Source: Perkinsus chesapeaki ATCC PRA-425 (lineage: Eukaryota; Protista; Perkinsozoa). Taken from it: a DNA stretch of 35,003 nucleotides. The DNA lies in the NCBI GenBank assembly GCA_013115145.1, contig JAAPAO010000373.1:1-35003 (forward strand). Reading direction: 5' to 3'. Within the stretch, counting starts at the first letter, position 1; each line of letters starts with the position of its first letter. Below are positions 24,801 through 34,890 of the stretch, piece after piece. The notes beneath the pieces were generated by a model. It was not told where the DNA came from, ran no database searches, and saw only the letters and a program-made list of their open reading frames with translations. The position numbers and the translations under genes are program-made.

Positions 24801-24831
24801 AGGATACCATAACTGGAGGAGAGGGAAGTAA
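21822..24831 (+). CDS. GT4 (GT-B) glycosyltransferase fused in frame to an NT5C/NT5M-type HAD phosphatase
   Basis: GT4 part: CLIVTQNLAVSGANQVLL, VVCNTIMT, HMWILHEWW, GIVCPRKNQ, and E-x7-E in SVNEVTPLVLPEAMLEGLPVITTGIAGIPEML. HAD part: LLDMDGCVVDW, LLCTSP, QEKAQWV, SDKTRIRGDVLIDDKP. A 41-nt GT-AG intron (23401-23441) joins them in frame. The start may instead be the ATG at 21715 with an intron. Confidence 0.82.
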
Positions 24832-25134
24832 CCTTAGTTAAAGGGAATGCTAGCTCCATTAATACTTTTAGGCATCAAGGCGCTAAACATCGTGACGCGC
24901 CCACGGTCGCGGCAAGTTAATTATGTCTGTTCCGCTTTGATTGCCTCCTACTCTTGGAGACCCTTTATTCGCTACATCTCTCTATGTTACTCATTCAGAG
25001 ACTCGTCTCCAAGTTTTTAAGTATCACACATTGTTTTCATGTTTGTTTCCCAGCATTGTTGAATTCCTAGATTGATAAATGATAGTGGGTAGGGTATTCT
25101 TCTGAAATCATATTAGTAATACCATCTTTTTAAT

Positions 25135-28048
25135 ATGCGAAGATCTTTTCCAGTGAGCTTTGATGATAGTATCAGAAATGGTGATAGTGGTAATGCTGGT
25201 AATGGTTCATCTTCTCCAACTGTTGTACTTATACGTGCCCCGATTATGCCTATGTTATTTGTTGATGGTATAGAGTACACTGTTCTCAAGGCTCCTTATC
25301 GATGTCCATTAAGGCGTGGTGATATTACTGACACTGTTGTTGATAATAACATAGTAGAAGGGAAAAGGATGACACTTGGCTGTAGAAGACAGTATAGTAC
25401 AGATGCTGTGTTGCGGTATGTACCACAGCCGGAAGAATCTGACATTGATACCTCACCACCGCCATCACACGTGGAGGCTGTTGGGCAGGCGGCTGATGGT
25501 AATAAACTTGTGTTATGGAGAGGGGAGGATGGCTCTGAAGTTGTAGTGGATCCAGCCCTTTCAGCTGTGTTAAGAGATCATCAAAGGTAATAGGTAGTCC
25601 AGTGTATTATTATAGCGACTTGTTGTTAGGCAAGGTGTTCAATTTGTCTTCAACTGCCTAATGGGCCTTATTGATGACTTTGAAGGTGAAGGTTGTATAT
25701 TAGCTGATGATATGGGATTAGGGAAGACCTTACAGTCTGTAACAATAGTATGGACATTATTAACATGTAATATAAACAAACAAAGTAGAGGTAGTCCTGC
25801 TATAGAGAGGTAATAGTAATTGAGATATAGTCAATGAACGGAAGCTCTATCTTATTATAGAGCCCTTATTGTATGCCCAGCAGCATTGGTTAAGAACTGG
25901 GAGGCTGAGTTCAATAAATGGCTTGGTAGTAAAGTTAAAGTATGTGCAGTAGCGGAGAGTCAAAGGGATAAAGTCATAGGGGCATTCACGGGCTTTCGGT
26001 AGGGTACTGGCTAACTTTGTTTTGGCTCACTTGTTTATTAAAGGTACAACCGTGAGATGAGGGTTCTTATTGCCTCCTATGAGACTTTCCGAAACCACTG
26101 TGATCTCCTTGCTGAATGCCCCATTGGATTGGTTGTATGTGATGAAGCCCATCGTTTAAAGAATGACCGCACTAAAACATCTGCGTGCATAGGCGGCCTA
26201 CGAACACGGAAAAGGTTACTATTATCTGGTACACCAATTCAGAATGACCTTGATGAGTTCTTTGCCATGATAACATTGGCAAATCCATGCCTTGCCGAGG
26301 AGAAGGGGCGGAATAGTTTCAGGAAGAGATTTGCTAATCCTATAAGTTGTGGAAGGGAACCTGATGCCACTGATGAGGAGAAGGCTTTAGCTGATGAGCG
26401 TTTAGCTGAGTTAAGTGAGATGAGTAATAAATTCATACTCAGGAGAACCAATGTACTGTTGGCTAAAGTAGGAAGGATGGAACACTGATCGATTGTTGAC
26501 TACTGGTTTTTAGGTGTTACCTCCGAAGCATATAGTTGTCGCATTTGTACGGCTATCGAGTATACAAACAAAACTATATAAGGCATTCATCACCAGTGAT
26601 TGTGTGAAGGCAACTGTAGCAAAATCAGCTAGTAGAGGAAAAGTTGGAAAGAATGTTTTGTCATTGATCCAAAGTCTAACTAAGTTATGTAATCATCCAT
26701 CCCTAATAAGACGCTTTGATAAGCGTTGTGAGAAAGGATTTGAAGCTACTCATGCTACCTTTGATGAACTAGATCAGCTTACAAGGGCTGCACGCGAAGC
26801 AACAGGCGCACGTGGGGACAAAATCGTGTAATACTTCACACGCCTTGCCGCTACATGCATCTAGAGCATGCCCACTCGCTCAGAGTTTCGGCATCTGCTA
26901 AATTCTCGTTGGTATATAACATCCTCAATGAGCTAAGGAAGGGATGTGGACTGCAGTGTGATCGTGTGGTTATAATATCAAATTATACTCAAACCATTGA
27001 TATACTACAGAAGATGTGTCAAGAGGAAAAGTGGCCAGTTATACGGCTAGATGGAAGTATAGGAGTAATCAAAATAGATATTGTTGATACACATTGTCGT
27101 TGTTGCAAGGTTAAGAAAAGGCATACACTTGTATCTACCTTTAATGATCCTAAGGCAGATGCATTTGTATTCTTACTATCATCAAAAGCAGGTGGATGTG
27201 GATTGAATCTCATAGGTTTCTAGTCTTTTGGTCATCCGATCGATTCTGGTACAGGTGGCAATCGTCTAATAATGTTCGATCCTGATTGGAATCCAGCTAA
27301 TGATAGGCAAGCTATGGCACGGATATGGAGGGATGGTCAGACTAAAGTCTGTTGGATATATAGGCTACTTTCAACAGGTGGTATTCAACTTATAATAGTT
27401 ACACTCAGTTCAATTGTATAGGGACTATTGAGGAAAAGATATTTCAAAGACAAATGAAGAAAGATAGCCTTAGCGATATTGTTGTACAAGATGACAGTGC
27501 AAAGGATGACTACACTTCAACGATAGCGCTGCCCAAGGCATCACCTACATCATCCACAAAGAATAACACCTCTACCGATACTGAGAAAAAGAGTGCAGGA
27601 TCGTCGATGTTCTCAGCTGCTCAACTGTACGCTCTTTGATGTATGCCATTTGAAGTGTGAATGTTAGGAAGAACCTTTTTATGTTACAAGAAGACACAGC
27701 TTCGGATACACTCGATACTCTCAATATTAAAGCCTTACCATCATCACAACAGCCTTACCATCATGGTCATTGTGAGGAAGATCTCACAACGTGGGACGTG
27801 TTTAAAGGCAAGAGCTTGATGGGTATATAGTGATAGAACCCTACTGTTTAGGTCAGCAGCTCAATTCACCACTTTTAGGAGATCCAATATTATATAGTGC
27901 TAATGAAGCTGCTGGTAATGTGGTGTCCACTGCAATGCATTGTCTTGTACAACTATTACCTGAGGAGGATGCGAATGCTGATAAGGATTCATCTGAGCCT
28001 GTTAGGAAAAGGAATAGATCGGATCTACCTTGTGGTAGTACGCCTTGA
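25135..28048 (+). CDS. RAD54: DNA repair/recombination SNF2-family translocase Rad54
   Basis: [152 protein letters not shown]. Confidence 0.95.
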
Positions 28049-28163
28049 ATATCGTTGTTTGTTTCCTTGATACCATGTTTATATGTGGTTGGTTATCTAA
28101 TATTTCACCATTGTGTGTTGAGTTTCTATTTATTCAATGGTTTACTCTCAGTACTTTTATTTT

Positions 28164-30205
28164 ATGTCGGACTCTCGAGCTGATGACCTGAGGGCTCGGC
28201 TTCTAGAGAGCAATACTCCCCCACAGTTTATTCCAGCCTCCTGGGCAGAACAATCCCGTAGAGATTCTGTAAGGAGTCAGATATCATTGGACATCGATAT
28301 GGAACATTCTCACCCCCCTAGACATCTGAGTAGTATCTGCCTTAACCCCCAAAGGAAGAGATACCTTTGTGTAGGTCGATCAGGAGACTGGACTGTGGCT
28401 TTCCAGCGTCCTCCAAGTCCTCGGTACTCTGAAGCTGGATCTCCAAGGCCACCACCTTCTGATAGAGCTGGTGTTAACTTTAATATCGGAGATTCCCGAT
28501 CGGATATTGCTAGTCCTCGTAGCCAACGTAGTGATAGGTGAGTCCATAAAGTGCAGTATTTATTACATCGTCTCTAACTTTCTTAGCCATGTAAATGCTG
28601 TACCTTTGGTAAGCACTAATGACGAGGTTATAGCGGCAGCAGCTAAGATAGATCAAGTTCGTGGTGTAATAGCTGGTAGGCGAAGACGGAAGAATGTCGT
28701 TGGTAGGGCTCTCACTATTCGAGTAAGTCCTCCTATTATCTTGTGTCTTGATTTAGGACGTAAGCATGATGAGTCGGCTGGACGAGTGTATAGTATAGCT
28801 ATTGGGGATAAGATAGATCTGAGAGCAATAGCCAGTAGATGGGAAATGCTCACTGGTAGCTTTCTGGGCTCTTATCTTGTCTTATATTATATTATAAGGT
28901 GGTAAGGCAGCTAACCCTAAGAAGCTACCAGCTGCTGCATCATCACCATCTAATATGACAGAAGACTTAGAAGCAATAGTCTTGGAATTGGATGTAAAAT
29001 ACTCCGTTCTTAGCTAACCAATGTGCCCAAGAGTTATGACTAGTGTAGGTCCTTGATCCTGAAGTTATCCACATGAAGACCTTTGATTGGTAAGCTACAA
29101 CATTTCCTTACTTTGCCGAGTACCCTGCAATACCTCAACCGCGTGTTGTAGGTTGGACTGTTTCCTCTTCGATTTTGGTTGTATTGTATTTTGGGGCCTC
29201 ACCTCTGAGGAAGGACGGAAACTTCTACACGTTCTTCGACCGTAAGTAGTCAGCAGCATGAATGGTATAATATTATGATTCCCCTCTCTTCTCCATAGAT
29301 ACGTAAAGAAACCGGCAGTTGAAACCTTTGATGACTACATGGTGTACGTCTTGACATTCTTTGACACCTTCTACCATCTTTCTCTATTTCTTTCTTAGTT
29401 ATACTCCTGCTTGTGCTCGTACTGAAGAGACTGATGAGGAAAGACATCAGTCGACTATTGTTAATGATGATATCCATCTTTCCACTGACGGCGTGTAAGC
29501 CTTAGACCCTATCGGCCTTCATACCCTAGTATTTCTAGGTACGAGCGTTTGGCATATAGCTATGCATTTGGGCAATCTGTTAAACTAGATTTATTTGAAT
29601 GGTCTATAGATAGAACTATTCAAGGGACGAGAAATATACCAGAGAATCTGGCGCGAACGGGAAAAATTGGTATAGGCATAACTGAGGTTACTAAGAAGGT
29701 AAGGTATGGTATAATTCCTAGCACCAACTAATGTTATTAGATGGGTGAACTCTTTGTCCAGCGGAGTAATATTAATCTACATAGTGATATTCTTGATACA
29801 CCTGATGTATTCTGGTAGTTAACAAGACTGCTAATGACATCTTTAACTGCTGTTATATTGTTGTTAGGGAGTTCGACCTTATTGAGAGAGTGTATGAGAT
29901 GTGCCGTGATTATCTCGATGTTCGTAAAAGATTGGATGTGTTAAATCAAAAACTTGATATTATGAAGGATATGTATGAGATGATTCAAGTAGTAGCTCAT
30001 AGGTCATAGTATCTGTAACAACATAACACTTGTCTTTTAGAATGAGTTAAATGTGGAGCATGGTAATAAGCTGGAAGTTATAGTTATTGTGCTTATTATC
30101 TTAGAAGTTGTCTTGGAAGTAAGGGGTAAATATCCTCAATAATTGTAATACAGCTATTGTAAATTTTAGTTGGCCCAAGTAGCTATAACAATTGTTCATG
30201 GATGA
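28164..30205 (+). CDS. RMD1: RMD1/DUF155-family protein with a C-terminal TM helix
   Basis: YSIAIGDKIDL, CFLFDFGCIVFWGL, YAFGQSVKLDLFE, MGELFVQRSNINLHSDILDTPDVFW, DYLDVRKRLDVLNQKL, HGNKLEVIVIVLIILEVVLEL. Confidence 0.88.
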
Positions 30206-30379
30206 TAACACTGTCCCTTAACATCATCACCGATGTGTCATTGATAATGGTAGAGCAGTATTCTATCCCACCGCCGCCACACGTTACTGTTTCAATTGAT
30301 TCTAGAATCATTGTGTAGTCTTACGGGCTCTTGACGAAGAGTATACTGTGGTACCTGTCACTGTCATTTCAGTGTCCAT

Positions 30380-31408
30380 TTGGGGACATTAATTATGATG
30401 TCTTGCATCCCTACTACTTCAACCCATCAGCTAAGGCGTGGGAGAGTGGTTATGGAGATGTCTATTGTCAGGGGCAAAGTTGACGAAAGGCTCTTAGGCA
30501 TAAGATTGCTGACTTGGGAATATGCGAGGCCTTTTCAGCTGACGGTGTCGAAGTCTATAACCTTCCAGCCCTGGGAACCATGTGGTCAATTCAATGGGCA
30601 GGGTTTGAATGATGATTCGCTGGCGGTATGGTTGAAAGATAGTCAACAGCTTGTTAGCCGAAAGTTGCCTGCGGAGGATACCCTTTTGGGTGAAATCTCT
30701 ACAGATATGTCTGTAACTTGTGTACTCCATCATAAAGGTATTATATACTATAAGGTTAAGGAAGATTCACTCATACGAAGGTGGTCATCTACACTTAATA
30801 CGGAATTAAGTGCTATATCTATTGGAGCTCATGGGACTCTACTGGCTTATGGTGATTATATTTTCCATATTACTAACAGAGAATGCGAGTTCCTCAACAC
30901 TGGAATCCATTCGGAATCCATTGAATGGCAGACATGGTTCGAAGTGAGGCCATTGCATGATGATCCTATGCCCCACTTACTGGCCAGGCTTTTCAATCAA
31001 ACCTGGCAGCCCCCAACTGAAAGAGTGGAGTCCCCGCATTCTGTCGATATCATTGTATCATCAGAAAGTTGGCAATGTGGTTACATCTTCTACTCTAACA
31101 GGAGCATCGTCTACCTCAGGATAAACTATACATCATACTCATTCCCTAGCGGCGAGCCTTTGCTTGACTGTTGCCTCGTTCCTCACCATGTGGGCCTTAT
31201 AGGTGCCACTTTCTGTGGTTATGGTTTGGGAGTGTGCATTATAGATGTACTTTCTCGCTGCACTCTATACAAATCGGATGTATTTCCAGGCTACTGCAGC
31301 GACTGGATACATGTTCTACAAAGCGGTCATATCGTCTTTGAGTTTGATGAAATTGATGATGAAGAAGACCATACAACGCTCGGAACTATACCTCCGATTT
31401 GGACCTGA
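30380..31408 (+). CDS. Intronless hypothetical protein, about 340 aa, predicted beta-rich
   Basis: A single 342-codon ORF in a region where other ORFs are broken every 50-150 codons. The true start is probably a later ATG (MMSC.. or MEMS..). No family recognised with certainty. Confidence 0.65.
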   Translation: MGTLIMMSCIPTTSTHQLRRGRVVMEMSIVRGKVDERLLGIRLLTWEYARPFQLTVSKSITFQPWEPCGQFNGQGLNDDSLAVWLKDSQQLVSRKLPAEDTLLGEISTDMSVTCVLHHKGIIYYKVKEDSLIRRWSSTLNTELSAISIGAHGTLLAYGDYIFHITNRECEFLNTGIHSESIEWQTWFEVRPLHDDPMPHLLARLFNQTWQPPTERVESPHSVDIIVSSESWQCGYIFYSNRSIVYLRINYTSYSFPSGEPLLDCCLVPHHVGLIGATFCGYGLGVCIIDVLSRCTLYKSDVFPGYCSDWIHVLQSGHIVFEFDEIDDEEDHTTLGTIPPIWT

Positions 31409-31713
31409 TTGTTTTTCCGACGGACACTAACCCTTTGCTGATTGCCTCTCTGCCATCTCTGACGTCTTTTCAATATCTATTTTATTATTATCCTGCATAG
31501 TTGATGGTGATGCGTAGTACGAGACTTAATAGAAATGAATATCAATGTCCGCAATACAGATCATGAATAGAGTTTCCTTGAAGGCTGCTTGTTCTCATTG
31601 TTTTGGATGTATCTTCTTACTTACCACTCAGGCCACCGTTTTTCCTTTAGCGGCTCCCGCTAACTAACTCGCCAGCCTTTCACTTTAGCAGCTTCGCATA
31701 TTATTCATAATCG

Positions 31714-32323
31714 ATGAACTCGGCTTCAGCAGCTCAAACCTTGTATGAAGCGAATTGCTCGATCGATACGGGCGCTATATCGGGGACTTTAATGGGGGAT
31801 CCGTCTCGAATGGATATCCCATGTTCCCTCGTTGGCACGGTTCATTTGGACGGTGATGATGATGATGCTAGCATAGTAATGACAAGATCTGGAAGGGTGC
31901 TATTTGTGACTATATCCACAACAGGCAGTATCGGTGCCATCGTAAGTGTCACGGTGGTTGCCTCTCACCAACCTACGCAAGATATCTGTTATGTCTCTTT
32001 TAGATTGATAGTACAACGTCCAGCTCGATTCTTGATGGCACAGTAGGATTCGACACTAAAGTGCTCTTCGGTGACAGGAAACTGCTAAGTGACATTACAA
32101 TACTGCCACGTGTTGTGATGGGAAGAATTGATCGTCGTTATGGAGGCGTTATATGTAACAGCCGAGAAGGGAGACAACATAATTCCATAATGCCATGCCG
32201 ATATCAGGTGAACGAATGATCCTGTATTTGGGGTTAAGCCAAGATAGGCTGCGAAACGAGCGCAGTATCGCGAGCTTCGCCGACTATATCGTAGATAACT
32301 TCCCACGCCTCGTTTCATCGTAG
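31714..32323 (+). CDS. PSMG3: Proteasome assembly chaperone 3 (PAC3/PSMG3)-like
   Basis: Removing introns 31942-32003 and 32155-32207 gives ..VLFVTISTTGSIGAIIDSTTSSSILDGTVGFDTKVLFGDRKLLSDITILPR..ERMILYLGLSQDRL..VSS*. This resembles PAC3 (ILVVVTQFGKMGT..TTKVLLG..VLLAVA). Assignment made by eye. Confidence 0.6.
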
Positions 32324-32726
32324 ATTGTTTCGACATGAACGGGATAACTTGCGTTAGCTGGCGAATTAGATACTAACCGAATGGACTTGTGTTACGTTAT
32401 TAAAATAGTAGATGCCGTTTTACTTTAGGGTATCTTTTCGTGTTTGGAGTCTCAACCGTGGTTGAAATACAGCGCATTCCTGGCCCTAAGGCTTGAGCTG
32501 TTATATGGCAATTGTACTTGTTTACATGAAGAAGTATGTACCGCGTAGTCTCGTGTTAGTGCTTTGCTAGGTGGAGTCACTCGTTCACTGCTGTCGTCGA
32601 TAGTATCGACTCGATACCTTCTGGTACTTCTTGTACTGCGCCAACGCAAGACACCACAGAAGGAATATCCCAGAGAATGATCACGGGATAATCCGTTGAT
32701 CCGTAATTCCTTGACGAAGGGAAGGT

Positions 32727-33089
32727 CTACCAGCAGCGTTCGAACCATCTAGGCTTTCCTTTACCGACAGACCAGCCATCGTATTCATCGCTATATACGA
32801 ATTTATCCCACCATTTAGGATCCCAAAAATGATCACCAGGACGCATGTCGGACGCGGGATCCAAAGTCAGGCTCTTCGTACTGTTGTTAAAAGTATAACC
32901 CGCCTCAGCATAAACGGTATATGCCTCCTTTACCGAGAAGAATACTGACGGATAACCAGGGCCAAACATAATCTTTTCTTGATTCACTACCCCATAACGT
33001 CTACAATAGTGACAACCTTTGAAGCTGTAATCCTCAGTCATTCCCTTAGTATTGATGAGGAAGATAAACAAAGTTTTTGCCGAACACAT
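32727..33089 (-). CDS. Small intronless putative secreted protein, paralog A (120 aa)
   Basis: Hydrophobic N-terminus (TLFIFLI). Clear homology to 33811-34167 supports coding status. Confidence 0.72.
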   Translation of the reverse strand: MCSAKTLFIFLINTKGMTEDYSFKGCHYCRRYGVVNQEKIMFGPGYPSVFFSVKEAYTVYAEAGYTFNNSTKSLTLDPASDMRPGDHFWDPKWWDKFVYSDEYDGWSVGKGKPRWFERCW

Positions 33090-33810
33090 TTCTCGCGCAA
33101 CAGCTGAGAAATTGAATTAAATGACACATCATTCCAGACCTACTTCGAGTCCGCGAAGCAATTCTCGCATGGAAAAATGAAGAAATTTAGAACTTTCGGG
33201 AAAATAACGATACATGGAGGCCCAAAGAGTGACGCAGACAGTGTGACGCGCGAGAGCTGCTCTTTGCACATAAAGGCGCACATACTAATCCTAGTACCTT
33301 GAGCTCCTTAGCGAGATGGCGCTATGTTTTGTGTGGCCGTTCTCAATACTTCGTCGTCTGCAGTCAGATATGAGATACACGAAATGTATTGAAGTAAAAT
33401 GCGAACTAGTCCGCCTCTCGGTTACGTGCGCGTGCGCACTATGCATGTCACGGGATTCAAGGATTCAGTGTCAAGGTGCCACGGATTTGATTCGGGTTTC
33501 TTAAACCCGGGTTTCGAATCACGGAACTTCTGTGATTCGATCTCCATCTCCCATTGTTAAGCTAGTTCGGGGAGGACCAGGTAGGCTTTCACATTCCGTT
33601 AAATGGTGGCACTGGCCGCATTTTACAGATAGTTTTGCCCGCGTCGGCATGACGTAGGATACCAGTTTGGTCGCTAGGCGCCTATCTCCACTGTGATACG
33701 ATGGCACAAACACTGGTTGGGGTCGTGCCCTTCTTCGAAGGTCACAGCAGTGATCAGATTATCAGAACACTGTTGGGTAGATCCTTGTCGAGTAGCTTTT
33801 GCTCTCAGTG

Positions 33811-34167
33811 ATGGCTTTGCCAACGATTATGCTAGTTTGGATCCTCCAAGTTTCGATGAGGGATGCTCTCTACCCTTTTCAAGGGAATTACTATTGTGTC
33901 TCGAAGAGGTCCGGATCAGGCATAGTCATATTCAGTAAACTCTCCCAGACTCTCGTTATTAGTGTACATGATACTACTATTCCTCATCAGATGGACGACT
34001 ACACTTTCAACCCAGACACTGGCTTACTTACTTTGATAAATAAACTAAGGTTGCCGAGATTTTCTGGGGAATGGTCCGCTAAAATATGGAATAAGTTCGT
34101 TTATGACAATCACTCAGATGGCTGGTCTATCGGTAGAGAGAAGGCTAAGTGGTTCAGACGTTGTTGA
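33811..34167 (+). CDS. Small intronless putative secreted protein, paralog B (118 aa from the ATG at 33811)
   Basis: Signal-like MALPTIMLVWILQVSMRDA. Shares YxFxGxxYC, YTFNxxTxxLTL and WxKxWxKFVYxxxxDGWSxGxxKx(R/K)WFxRC with paralog A. Confidence 0.75.
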   Translation: MALPTIMLVWILQVSMRDALYPFQGNYYCVSKRSGSGIVIFSKLSQTLVISVHDTTIPHQMDDYTFNPDTGLLTLINKLRLPRFSGEWSAKIWNKFVYDNHSDGWSIGREKAKWFRRC

Positions 34168-34286
34168 TCGTATTGTATTGGTTGAATCCACCAGCGGTAT
34201 ATACAATCCTCATCTCAGCGGATAACTGCCACTTGCACTATGAGAAACTATCATACATAAGATACAATATCATTATTCCCACATAG

Positions 34287-34341
34287 CAGCATGATTATCA
34301 TGCTGATTTATAGGATATCATGCCATGATATCCTATAAATC
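34287..34341. repeat. Two abutting perfect inverted repeats (9-bp and 18-bp arms, 1-nt spacers)
   Basis: CAGCATGAT-T-ATCATGCTG (34287-34305) and GATTTATAGGATATCATG-C-CATGATATCCTATAAATC (34305-34341). Confidence 0.95.
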
Positions 34342-34890
34342 GGTGGTATATGGTGAATATTCAGATTGTACCTTTAACGTTTAGTTAACCTCATCATAAG
34401 TACACGGTAACGAGTTTTGTGTTTGTTAGTGTAACTACAGCGGTAAGGATCCTATAGAAGCCTATAAATGGCTATATACTGGGTGAAGACTTACTTGGTG
34501 TATACTGTATCATATGTATCATACATAATGTAGCCTAAATGGCGTCTGTTGCCCATTAGCTGTTTTGGATTGACAACTCTAGGCGTACTATTTTGTATGC
34601 TGTCTCGGAGTATAGTATCATTGTATACTTTCGTTTGCAAACCTTAAACTCCGTATTTGTTCATTGAGCAAGAATGATATGTCTCAACACAAGGTGTATC
34701 CTCAGGTGTACGACATGGAGCAATCTAGCGTTACGCCATGAGCTCATCACGTGGTACTGACATTCGCCATGTTACAGCGTTCGCTGGTTACAAGCAAGTG
34801 ATATGTTAGAAACTCCACTAATGCTTCGAGAGCCAATCTTGTGGATGAGCTAGCCGGATGCTTCCAAGTTTTGTTTAATTATTGATTCTC

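Noticed and set aside
25135-30205. RAD54 next to RMD1 as a meiosis cluster
   Set aside because: RAD54 also acts in mitotic repair and DUF155 proteins are not meiosis-specific (animal RMND1 is mitochondrial), so adjacency is not evidence.
6019-32323. ULP1, PITHD1 and PSMG3 as a ubiquitin/proteasome functional cluster
   Set aside because: They are separated by unrelated genes over 26 kb, as expected by chance among housekeeping genes.
32452-32748. 98-aa minus-strand ORF overlapping the end of paralog A, and about 49 open codons after its TAG (possible readthrough)
   Set aside because: Paralog B ends at the same aligned position (RC*), there is no ATG start or motif, and the region is best read as 3' UTR.
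33316-33938. Short ORFs between the paralogs (33316..33504, 33519..33713, 33693..33938)
   Set aside because: No ATG-supported coherent model or homology; they overlap the likely promoter and paralog B in another frame.
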